40,719 nt of DNA, taken from assembly GCA_037442105.1 (NCBI GenBank), contig JBBIQV010000029.1:1-40719 (forward strand), in the 5' to 3' direction. Position 1 is the stretch's first letter. Every line of letters starts with the position of its first letter. A model generated the notes under the pieces. That model did not search any database. It saw only the letters and a program-made list of their open reading frames with translations, and was not told the origin of the DNA. Shown one piece after another: positions 1-7,548 of the stretch. Source of the stretch: Nitrospiraceae bacterium. GTDB lineage: Bacteria; Nitrospirota; Nitrospiria; Nitrospirales; Nitrospiraceae. A program made the position numbers and the translations under genes.

Positions 1-305
1 CAGTGGACGTCAAGGGCATCCGGCGCCAGCTCGGCCGCCCGCCGGTAGGCCGCCAGGGCTTCTTGGTTCCGGCGGTTCGCGGTGAGAAAATCCCCATAGG
101 CTTTGTGGACGCGATAGTTCTGTGGGGCAAGTCGGAGCGCTTCGTCAAAGCGATCGGCGATGTCTTTGGACCGCCCTTGTTGCCACGCCAGACTGAGTTC
201 AGCGAGCAGGCTGGAGACATCTTCCATCGCCAAGGTGATTGTGTCGGGAGCCAGCGCAACCGCCAGCACTATTCCGACTACGAGTTGTAAACATGACCGG
301 GGCAT
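1..305 (-). CDS. Secreted TPR-repeat protein (partial, runs off the window edge; not in ORF track)
   Basis: Manual translation from ATG 305: MPRSCLQLVVGIVLAVALAP (signal-peptide-like) ... FDEALRLAPQNYRVHKAYGDFLTANRRNQEALAAYRRAAELAPDALDVH, a typical TPR pattern. Co-oriented with the mer genes. Confidence 0.75.
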   Translation of the reverse strand, partial: MPRSCLQLVVGIVLAVALAPDTITLAMEDVSSLLAELSLAWQQGRSKDIADRFDEALRLAPQNYRVHKAYGDFLTANRRNQEALAAYRRAAELAPDALDVH

Positions 306-351
306 GATCGTCTCTCAGAGACGCCTACGGTGAAGCGCGCATCATGACGGT

Positions 352-720
352 TCAATGGGAACAGCACGCGGCTGCCGCATCAGACGGCGTTCCAGCACAG
401 GACTCTTTGTAAACGGCATAGGCTTTCAGGGCCCATTCCTCCCCGGGGCAGCCCTGCATGGTCATGGCGACTTCGAGAAACTCGATCAATTCCTCTTGTG
501 TGATACCTTTGTTGCAAGCCATCTGGACGTAAGCCCGAATGCAGGGCTCACACCGGATTGCAATCGAGATGGCCATGGCGGTGAGCAGTTTGTACTTCGA
601 TGCGACTGCCGCATCGCGATAGGCTTCTTGCCGCATCCGCAGCAGCCCGCCCGTGACTTTGGGGCTCAACTTTCTCAGTTCGGCGAATAGTCCAGTTTCA
701 ACTTTGGTTGTTTGATCCAT
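352..720 (-). CDS. Carboxymuconolactone decarboxylase / AhpD-like protein with CxxC and a C-terminal CC pair
   Basis: KYKLLTAMAISIAIRCEPCIRAY...GITQEELIEFLEVA is the CMD/AhpD signature. Ends AAACCSH. GGAGG-type RBS upstream. Confidence 0.85.
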   Translation of the reverse strand: MDQTTKVETGLFAELRKLSPKVTGGLLRMRQEAYRDAAVASKYKLLTAMAISIAIRCEPCIRAYVQMACNKGITQEELIEFLEVAMTMQGCPGEEWALKAYAVYKESCAGTPSDAAAACCSH

Positions 721-745
721 GATGCTGTTCTCCTCCTCCTCCGCT

Positions 746-773
746 CGCCTCGCGCCTCTTGCCTCTCGCCTAT
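746..773. repeat. Degenerate heptamer tandem repeat (cgcctcg cgcctct tgcctct cgcctat)
   Basis: Four 7-nt units read directly in the spacer between merP and the CMD gene. Confidence 0.6.
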
Positions 774-1123
774 TTATCGAGCAGCCGCGCCTTGTACGTC
801 GACAGCGGGGTGCTGGCTGCTTCGATAGCCTTGACCAATGACTCCGCGCCCGCTTTCGCCGGATCGAACGTCACAGCAGCGCGCGCATCTCCGTAATCGG
901 AGAAGAAGACCCATTTCTTTCCCACGGTGAGTTCCACCGCAGTGACGCCGGACACTTTGCCGAGGGCGGTCTTCACGTCCTTGACGCAGACTCCACAGGT
1001 CATACCGTCAATGCGCAAGGTCACCGTCTGAAGTCCCTGGCCCTCAGCCGCCCATGTTTGAAGCCCGCTCAGGCTCAGCGTCATGATCCCGGCAAGGAGA
1101 GTCAATTGAATCGATCGCCACAT
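770..1123 (-). CDS. merP: Periplasmic heavy-metal-binding HMA protein (MerP-like)
   Basis: Signal peptide followed by VTLRIDGMTCGVC (GMTCxxC motif). Lies directly downstream of merT. Confidence 0.85.
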   Translation of the reverse strand: MWRSIQLTLLAGIMTLSLSGLQTWAAEGQGLQTVTLRIDGMTCGVCVKDVKTALGKVSGVTAVELTVGKKWVFFSDYGDARAAVTFDPAKAGAESLVKAIEAASTPLSTYKARLLDK

Positions 1124-1195
1124 CAGCGTTCACCTCCGTTCACAGAAGAGCCGATAGCGAATAGCCAACAGAGAATAGCGCGCACCGAGCCACTC

Positions 1196-1558
1196 TCACA
1201 ATCCAAGCCAGTACGGTGCCAAGACCAATGCAATCGCCACGGTCGCCATCAGCCACAGCAGCGTCCGATTCACACCATGTTTCGCTCCAGTCGCACACAT
1301 CATCCCTGGACCACAGGCGGGTTCCCGCTTTCGATAGGCGAGATAAAAGCTGGCGCCCAGCAAGAGCAACGTCAGGCCAATGAAGACCGGCCGATACGGC
1401 AAGAAGGCCTTGAGAAACCCCGCCGTCCCGGCAAGGAATCCTGTGGCCCCAACCCCCACGCCGAGGGCTGCGAACACCAGTGGCCCGATGCAGCAGAGAG
1501 AAGCGAAGAACGCCGCCACGAGCCCGCCGATCATCGTTGTCGCTTCACCTTTTGTCAT
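1196..1558 (-). CDS. merT: Mercuric ion transporter MerT
   Basis: ASLCCIGPLV in TM1, LPYRPVF, cytoplasmic ACGPGMMC Cys pair, three TM helices. Confidence 0.92.
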   Translation of the reverse strand: MTKGEATTMIGGLVAAFFASLCCIGPLVFAALGVGVGATGFLAGTAGFLKAFLPYRPVFIGLTLLLLGASFYLAYRKREPACGPGMMCATGAKHGVNRTLLWLMATVAIALVLAPYWLGL

Positions 1559-1617
1559 GGTGATCTTGGTGTCCCCTCTTCAAAATGCCGTCATCGGTCA
1601 TTCGTCAATCGTGACCT

Positions 1618-2067
1618 TCAGTCATCCCCGCTCCGGCCACCCTTTGCTCTTCCTGGCGCCTTGTTCTCATTTTCCAGGCTTGCCAGAATCGGACACTGTT
1701 CGGTGGGCTGACCCGCCCTGCAGGTGCGGATCAAGCGTTGCAGCGCCTTCGCTAGCGATTGCAAGTCGCGCACTTTGGCCTCAATGTGCTTCAGTTTGGC
1801 TTCTGCCCTTCGCTGCACATCCCGGCATCGCGCCTTTGAACTGATCCGCAGATCGAGGAGTTCTTCGATCTCATGGAGCGTGAAACCCAACCCTTGGGCG
1901 TTCTTGATGAGGCGTAGTCTTCTGTATGCTTCATCGCTGTACAACCGGTACCCAGACGGCTTTCGCGATGTCGGCGCCAGCAACTTCAGCCGCTCGTAGT
2001 ACCTGATTGTCTGGATATTCACGCCAACTTCTTTCGCAAGTTGCCCAATCGTTAATGCTGAGTCCAT
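1618..2067 (-). CDS. merR: Hg(II)-responsive MerR-family regulator
   Basis: TIGQLAKEVGVNIQTIRYYER HTH. Cys81/Cys116/Cys125 have the same spacing as the three Hg ligands of Tn501 MerR (82/117/126). Confidence 0.9.
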   Translation of the reverse strand: MDSALTIGQLAKEVGVNIQTIRYYERLKLLAPTSRKPSGYRLYSDEAYRRLRLIKNAQGLGFTLHEIEELLDLRISSKARCRDVQRRAEAKLKHIEAKVRDLQSLAKALQRLIRTCRAGQPTEQCPILASLENENKAPGRAKGGRSGDD

Positions 2068-2089
2068 GGCGCCACCTTTTCAATATTAA

Positions 2090-2121
2090 ACTCTACACCC
2101 TGTACCATAGTACGGAGTCAA
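2090..2121 (-). promoter_or_regulatory. MerR operator-promoter of the merR-T-P operon
   Basis: TTGACT - 20 bp (CCGTAC TATG GTACAG GGTG) - TAGAGT. The GTAC-N4-GTAC dyad sits inside an overlong spacer, as in classical mer promoters. Confidence 0.9.
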
Positions 2122-2195
2122 GTGGGCTGTGGGTCACGCCGCCCTTTTGATTCGAGTGAAATGGGATACGGCATGTAGTTTGACAGAATGAGGAG

Positions 2196-2228
2196 GGGCG
2201 ACCGGTGCGCAGCCCCGGTCGCCCTTTT
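2196..2228. terminator. GC-rich hairpin, probable intrinsic terminator after the small peptide gene
   Basis: GGGCGACCGG (2196-2205) / CCGGTCGCCC (2215-2224) form a perfect 10-bp stem. The T-run is on the + side and only a weak one on the - side. Confidence 0.6.
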
Positions 2229-2244
2229 CTTCCATTGCCCTTTC

Positions 2245-2331
2245 TTATACAAAGAAGCTCTGCATCCACTGCCAGACTGTGGCAGCCGCCTCATACGGGC
2301 AGAAGCCGAGTGTTTCGACCCACGGGCACAT
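2245..2331 (-). CDS. Unannotated 28-aa peptide MCPWVETLGFCPYEAAATVWQWMQSFFV
   Basis: Near-perfect SD AGAAAGGAGGTG 6 nt upstream of ATG 2331, its own MerR-type promoter upstream and a hairpin downstream. Below the ORF-track length cutoff. Confidence 0.75.
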   Translation of the reverse strand: MCPWVETLGFCPYEAAATVWQWMQSFFV

Positions 2332-2356
2332 AGGCTTCACCTCCTTTCTGAGGCCG

Positions 2357-2388
2357 ATGCTACACCCGGTACCACGGTACCGAGTCAA
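2357..2388 (-). promoter_or_regulatory. Second MerR operator-promoter, driving the small peptide
   Basis: TTGACT - 20 bp (CGGTACC GT GGTACCG GGTG) - TAGCAT. Perfect 7-bp dyad with the same geometry as the promoter at 2090-2121. Confidence 0.88.
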
Positions 2389-2621
2389 GGGGGTGGGAAC
2401 GGCATGAAACTATCTGCCGGTTTGTAAGGATTGCGGACCTTGGACGACTGATTCATCTGACCGCTGCATCTAGCAACTGGATTCTTCCCTCTTCACTGTG
2501 AGGTGGCTTACAGACACAGCCTATCGGAAGCTATACCGTCCGCCAATACGGGATTGACGGGAATGGCAGGGATTGATACATAGACGTATCTCGATAGGTT
2601 CATTGAATGACGGGGGACGCT

Positions 2622-3809
2622 ATGGCGATCGACGAGATTACCCTAAAGGTCAGCGAACGATATGCGCGCGCGGCCGTGGCCGGCGAGCAGATGTGCTGCC
2701 CCACCGGCTACAACTTCGATGACCTCCGCTCGTTCATCCCTGATGAGGTCTTGAAAATCTCCTACGGTTGCGGGACGCCGGCGGGGTTGGACACGGTGCG
2801 CGAAGGAGAAACGGTGCTGGACATCGGCTCCGGGGGCGGGATCGATTGTTTTGAAGCCTCGCGGCGGGTCGGGCCGACCGGTCATGTCATCGGCATCGAC
2901 ATGACGGACCAGATGCTGGAGATCGCGCGTCGCAATGCGCCGATCGTGTCCGCTCATCTGGGGTATCCATCTTCTAACGTCGAGTTCCGCAAGGGGATGG
3001 CCGACGCGATGCCGGTCGAAGATGGCAGCGTCGATCTGATCATCTCCAACTGCGTGATCAATTTAGCTCCAGATAAGCGAAAGGTGTTCCATGAAATGTA
3101 CCGCGTGCTGAGACCTGGCGGACGCTTCACAATCTCGGATATCGTTTCCGACCAGATCGTGCCGCAGTACCTTGTCCACGACACGGAAAAGTGGGGCAAC
3201 TGTCTCTCCGGTGCCTTGCCGGTCAGCGAATATGTGGGCGGAATGGTCGAGGCGGGATTTCTCGGCGTCCATCAGATCAAATATATCCCTTGGCAGGTGA
3301 TCGACGGCATTCACTTCCTCTCCATAACTCTGACCGGTTACAAGCTGCCCGCTGTAATCGAACCGAACGGAGTCCGGTACGCGACACTCCGGGGCCCCTT
3401 TAGTCGGGTGACGGACGAACTGGGAACCGCCTACCAGCGCGGTATTCCGCAGGCCGTTGATACGCGCACTGTTGCGCTTCTTCAGACCCCGCCTGTTGCA
3501 CAACATTTCGTGTTGTCCGAGCAGCCACAACGGTTGACCCCAGGAGATCCGCGCTACGTGGCCGTTCTTCCCGAACAGACACCCTGCGTGTGGCAGGGGC
3601 ACTTTGTCATCTTCACCGGTCCTTTTGTTGCCGCAGCGGACGACGACCATCATCTCTTCCGGCGTGGGGAACCACTCGAAATCTGCTCAAAAACCTTGAA
3701 GGTGTTGGGAACCGACGGCTATGAGAAGCACTTTGCCATCATTAATCGGGCCGGTCGGTCGGTGTCGGGTGAAGCCGTGTCCTGTGCTCCAAATGGTGGC
3801 TGCTGTTGA
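2622..3809 (+). CDS. arsM: Arsenite S-adenosylmethionine methyltransferase, long form
   Basis: MCCP, SYGCGTP, LDIGSGGGIDC, ISNCVINL and WGNCLSGA carry the conserved ArsM Cys and SAM motifs. Ends CAPNGGCC. ATG 2622 preferred; ORF is open from 2607. Confidence 0.9.
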   Translation: MAIDEITLKVSERYARAAVAGEQMCCPTGYNFDDLRSFIPDEVLKISYGCGTPAGLDTVREGETVLDIGSGGGIDCFEASRRVGPTGHVIGIDMTDQMLEIARRNAPIVSAHLGYPSSNVEFRKGMADAMPVEDGSVDLIISNCVINLAPDKRKVFHEMYRVLRPGGRFTISDIVSDQIVPQYLVHDTEKWGNCLSGALPVSEYVGGMVEAGFLGVHQIKYIPWQVIDGIHFLSITLTGYKLPAVIEPNGVRYATLRGPFSRVTDELGTAYQRGIPQAVDTRTVALLQTPPVAQHFVLSEQPQRLTPGDPRYVAVLPEQTPCVWQGHFVIFTGPFVAAADDDHHLFRRGEPLEICSKTLKVLGTDGYEKHFAIINRAGRSVSGEAVSCAPNGGCC

Positions 3810-3821
3810 ATCAGGTGGCCT

Positions 3822-4160
3822 GTGGCGGCCGTGATATTGACTGAACGGCAATGTGCCAATGTCTTGCGTGCGTTGGCCGACGAAACGCGCTTGCGCCTTC
3901 TGGAATCCCTGCTCGCACGGGAGAAGTGCGTCACTGATCTTGTGCGCGAACTGCGCAAGTCGCAGCCACACATCTCGCATCATCTGCGGATTCTGCGCGG
4001 CGCCGGCCTGGTGGAAGGCCTCCGAGACGGACAGAAAGTGTGTTATCGCGTGACGCCCAGCGTTCAGCGGGTCCTCAAGAACCACCAGGGCCATGCCTTG
4101 GACTTTGGCTGCTGCCAAGTGAGTTTTCCAGAATCCGTGCTCATCCCCAAGGCCGGCTGA
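3822..4160 (+). CDS. arsR: ArsR/SmtB family transcriptional repressor
   Basis: LRALADETRLRLL...EKCVTDL...SQPHISHHLRILR winged HTH, with a C-terminal DFGCC. Confidence 0.9.
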   Translation: MAAVILTERQCANVLRALADETRLRLLESLLAREKCVTDLVRELRKSQPHISHHLRILRGAGLVEGLRDGQKVCYRVTPSVQRVLKNHQGHALDFGCCQVSFPESVLIPKAG

Positions 4161-4192
4161 CCACGCATGACCGCTCAACGCGAGGAGCATTC

Positions 4193-5233
4193 ATGGCGCT
4201 GACATTACTTGGACGTAAGAATTTACTCGCGTCATCAGCCGAACAACTTTCCGTTCTCGCGCGAACAGGGGCATGTCCCCCCTTCGAGTCGCGCCTCAGT
4301 CAAGCCGGCTTGCAGCCTCTCCTTGCCACGGGTATCACTGTTTTCCAGATCAACGTCGGAAAACTGTGCAATCAGACTTGCCGCCACTGCCATGTGGATG
4401 CCGGCCCGGACCGCACGGAGAGCATGACGCGCGACACGGCCGAACTGTGTATTCGGGCTCTGGCAAGGAACGACATTCCTACCGTCGATATCACCGGTGG
4501 GGCACCTGAGTTGAATTCAAGCTTTCGTTGGCTGGTTGAACAGTCTACGACGCTTGGGCGTCACGTGATGGATCGGTGCAACCTGTCGGTGCTCTTGCTT
4601 CCCTCTCAGGCAGACCTCACAGCATTCCTGGCGCAACATCGCGTCGAAATCGTTGCTTCCCTCCCCTATTATCGGCCATCCCAAACCGATGCCCAGCGGG
4701 GCGAAGGGGTATTCGACAAGTCTATCCAGGCCCTGCGACTTCTGAATACCTTCGGCTATGGCGTGGAGGGCAGCGGTTTGACGTTGAACCTGGTCTACAA
4801 TCCCGTGGGCGCCTTTCTTCCTCCTAGACAGGAATCCATCGAAGCCCAGTTCAGACGTGAATTGGCCAGTCGATACCACATCACATTCAATCATCTTTAT
4901 ACGATCACGAATATGCCCATCAGCCGTTTTCTGGAGTTCCTCATCGAGAGCGGCAACTACGAAGGCTATATGGAGCGGCTGGCCAACGCCTTCAATCCCG
5001 CCGCTGCAGCCGGCGTCATGTGCCGCTATACCCTCTCGGTGGGCTGGGACGGCACCCTCTATGATTGTGACTTCAACCAGATGTTGGATCTCCCCGTCGA
5101 TCACGGAGCGCCTCGACACATCCGCGATTTTGATCCCGCTCGTCTCCACACCAGACAGATCGTCACCCGCAATCACTGTTACGGTTGCACCGCCGGCTCC
5201 GGCTCGTCCTGCGGCGGAGCGGTCACAACCTAG
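4193..5233 (+). CDS. arsS: Arsenosugar biosynthesis radical SAM protein ArsS
   Basis: QINVGKLCNQTCRHCHVDAGP (CxxxCxxC), DITGGAPEL, LYDCDFNQML and C-terminal HCYGCTAGSGSSCGG. RBS GAGGAG precedes ATG 4193. Confidence 0.9.
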   Translation: MALTLLGRKNLLASSAEQLSVLARTGACPPFESRLSQAGLQPLLATGITVFQINVGKLCNQTCRHCHVDAGPDRTESMTRDTAELCIRALARNDIPTVDITGGAPELNSSFRWLVEQSTTLGRHVMDRCNLSVLLLPSQADLTAFLAQHRVEIVASLPYYRPSQTDAQRGEGVFDKSIQALRLLNTFGYGVEGSGLTLNLVYNPVGAFLPPRQESIEAQFRRELASRYHITFNHLYTITNMPISRFLEFLIESGNYEGYMERLANAFNPAAAAGVMCRYTLSVGWDGTLYDCDFNQMLDLPVDHGAPRHIRDFDPARLHTRQIVTRNHCYGCTAGSGSSCGGAVTT

Positions 5234-5238
5234 GCCAT

Positions 5239-6372
5239 ATGGAACTCGCGCTCGTCACCTATCTGCTGGTTGTGGCCCTCGCGTTCGCGAACGGCACCAA
5301 TGACGTGTCCAAAGCCATCGCCACATTAGTCGGCAGCGGCGTCACGAACTATCGCACGGCCATCTTGTGGGGGACGATATGGACGATGGTGGGCGCGAGC
5401 GCTTCCGCTTTCGTGTCCGCCGCGATGGTGAAAACCTTCAGTAGCGGGTTGATCCAGCCCGACTTCGTCATTCCACCAGAGCTTGCTCCGGCCGTGCTGA
5501 CCGGTGCCATGACCTGGGTCTTGGTCGCGTCGCGGACAGGGTTTCCGGTCTCGACCACCCATGCCTTGACCGGTGCAATCGTCGGGGCTGGCCTGATAGC
5601 CTCCGGTCTGCAAGGTCTGGTATGGCCGGCCATTCTGAACAAGATCGTGCTGCCTTTGCTTCTGAGCCCTCTGTTAGCCCTGACCGTTTCAGTCTTGATC
5701 CATCCTGCCGTCCGGATGTTGGCGGAGCGGTGGGAAGGGTCCTGTTTGTGCGTCATGCCGACCTCGCGCGCGTTAGTGACCATCGACGCGAAAGGAATGA
5801 CCCGCACACTTTTTCAAGCGACCGGCTTCGGATCACCGGTGATCGCAGTTCCAGCCCAGTGCGAACGTGACGGCCTCCAGGGAATCACCATCGGCCTGGA
5901 CAGCATCCATTGGATCTCGAGCGGACTTGCGTCGCTTGCCCGGGGAACGAACGACACACCGAAGATCGTGGCAATGTTGGTGCTCGGCAGTACGGTCGCG
6001 TCCTGGCCCGGCTCCATCTCCAAGATCGCTTCATTCCTCGGTGTTACATTGTTGATGGGGCTTGGCAGTTATGTTGGAGGTCTTCGCGTCACGAAGGTGC
6101 TGGCTGAGAAGGTGACGCGAATGGACCATGCCGAAGGCCTCTCGGCAAATTTGACAACGTCTTCCCTGGTGATGATATCGGCCACGATGGGTCTCCCTGT
6201 TTCGACAACGCATGTCAGCAGCTCCGCCATCATCGGTATCGGGCTGCTGAAGGGCCTGAGCGCCGTTCGCTGGACAACCGTCCGCGACGTGGTGCTGGCC
6301 TGGATCGTGACGCTCCCCGCCGCGGCCGTGCTTGCCTGCCTCGCCTACTTCATCCTCGATCGACTACTGTAA
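5239..6372 (+). CDS. PiT-family inorganic phosphate/anion permease
   Basis: Duplicated PiT signatures ANGTNDVSKAIAT / ARGTNDTPKI and PVSTTH twice. ATG 5239 lies just after the arsS stop. Confidence 0.88.
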   Translation: MELALVTYLLVVALAFANGTNDVSKAIATLVGSGVTNYRTAILWGTIWTMVGASASAFVSAAMVKTFSSGLIQPDFVIPPELAPAVLTGAMTWVLVASRTGFPVSTTHALTGAIVGAGLIASGLQGLVWPAILNKIVLPLLLSPLLALTVSVLIHPAVRMLAERWEGSCLCVMPTSRALVTIDAKGMTRTLFQATGFGSPVIAVPAQCERDGLQGITIGLDSIHWISSGLASLARGTNDTPKIVAMLVLGSTVASWPGSISKIASFLGVTLLMGLGSYVGGLRVTKVLAEKVTRMDHAEGLSANLTTSSLVMISATMGLPVSTTHVSSSAIIGIGLLKGLSAVRWTTVRDVVLAWIVTLPAAAVLACLAYFILDRLL

Positions 6373-6408
6373 AACCCGTTGGACGTTCACCATGCAGAGG
6401 AGGAGATC

Positions 6409-7470
6409 GTGTACTCAGGCAAGACGCGCGCCACGCCAAACACCTATCGATGTCGATATGTCTTGCTGCTTCTTCTGCTCTTTGTTGTCTTTGCTGAAGA
6501 TGGTATCTCGTTCGACTGGGTCCCGACGGACGAGGAAATCCAGAAATATCGGAAGAGTTGGAATCCGATGGCCAACGGCCCCATCCTGATTTCAGGTGTC
6601 GACATCCAACCAAAGGGACAGTTTCTCTTCCAACCGTTTGTCTTCGGCCAAATCGGTCACGAGAAATTCGGAAACCAGCTCAGCACCCACTCGACCGACG
6701 CACCCACTCACCTGCGGGCGGTCGCCCCGACAGGCATCTTCGCCTATGGCATCAGCGACCACGTGGAACTGAACGTGGCTTTTTCGGGCATTTACTGGGA
6801 AGCCAGCCGAGCCGGCGGCACCAACGGGAGAACGGTCGATTCGGAAAGCGGCGTGGGCGATACCACGATCTATCTCAAGTACCGGCCCATCGTCCAGGAC
6901 CCAGATGGCTGGCGGCCGTCGGTCACGATCTACAACCAGGTTGCACTCCCATCGAGCGAGTGGTTTGGCACTCAAGGCATTCCAGGTGGGTTTTCCCCGC
7001 TCGGTCGACTCCCTGCCACTCGTTTCGGCGCGCTGTCCTTCACGGAAGGAGTCATGTTCCGGAAGAACCTGGAACCCTTTCGCATCAGCGGCGGCGTCTT
7101 TTACACCTATACCAACCCAGGCAGTACAGCAGGCATGAATACCTACCCCGGCGATATCATCAATACACGTCTCGTGGTCGAACATATCCTCAACGACGAG
7201 CGTGGATTCGGATATAACCTGGAATTCGTCACGCTCCACGGACTTTCGCGCCGGCTGGATGGCCACCAGGTGAACATCAACCCGACCAGCTTTTCACTGA
7301 TGGGCGTCCAGCCCACGCTCCAGTACAAATTCTTTCACGATTCCAACGGGGCCTTTGTTGGCGCAGCCGGTTGCCTCTTTACCGTTGCTGGGCAGAATAA
7401 CATCAACGCGATCTACCCCAACCTCTCTCTCTATTACTATTGGGGAAGGGGCACGCCCATGATGCGGTGA
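6409..7470 (+). CDS. Exported hypothetical protein, probable outer-membrane beta-barrel/transporter
   Basis: Hydrophobic signal segment, SGVGDTTIYLKYR motif and alternating aromatic beta-strand pattern. GTG 6409 follows GAGGAGGAG. Confidence 0.6.
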   Translation: MYSGKTRATPNTYRCRYVLLLLLLFVVFAEDGISFDWVPTDEEIQKYRKSWNPMANGPILISGVDIQPKGQFLFQPFVFGQIGHEKFGNQLSTHSTDAPTHLRAVAPTGIFAYGISDHVELNVAFSGIYWEASRAGGTNGRTVDSESGVGDTTIYLKYRPIVQDPDGWRPSVTIYNQVALPSSEWFGTQGIPGGFSPLGRLPATRFGALSFTEGVMFRKNLEPFRISGGVFYTYTNPGSTAGMNTYPGDIINTRLVVEHILNDERGFGYNLEFVTLHGLSRRLDGHQVNINPTSFSLMGVQPTLQYKFFHDSNGAFVGAAGCLFTVAGQNNINAIYPNLSLYYYWGRGTPMMR

Positions 7471-7548
7471 CCTGGGTTGCCCTCAGCAACCCACTCTGCT
7501 ATGGTGAGACCCTCTTCGCCCTATCTCTTGTGATCGGAAGGATGCTCG

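Noticed and set aside
3..290. 95-aa + strand ORF at the window start
   Set aside because: Shadow of the minus-strand TPR gene, which has a signal peptide and a clear repeat pattern.
2188..2427. 79-aa + strand ORF in the merR-arsM spacer
   Set aside because: It runs through a terminator-like hairpin and antisense across the peptide gene and its operator, and has no RBS.
2554..2596. Possible ArsR operator GATAC-N6-GTATC next to TTGACG upstream of arsM
   Set aside because: Position is plausible, but the dyad is only 5 bp and the -10 is weak, which is not enough to call.
5190..5233. Selenocysteine read-through at the ArsS C-terminus
   Set aside because: The terminal motif is encoded as SSCGG with TGC, and the gene ends at TAG; there is no in-frame TGA.
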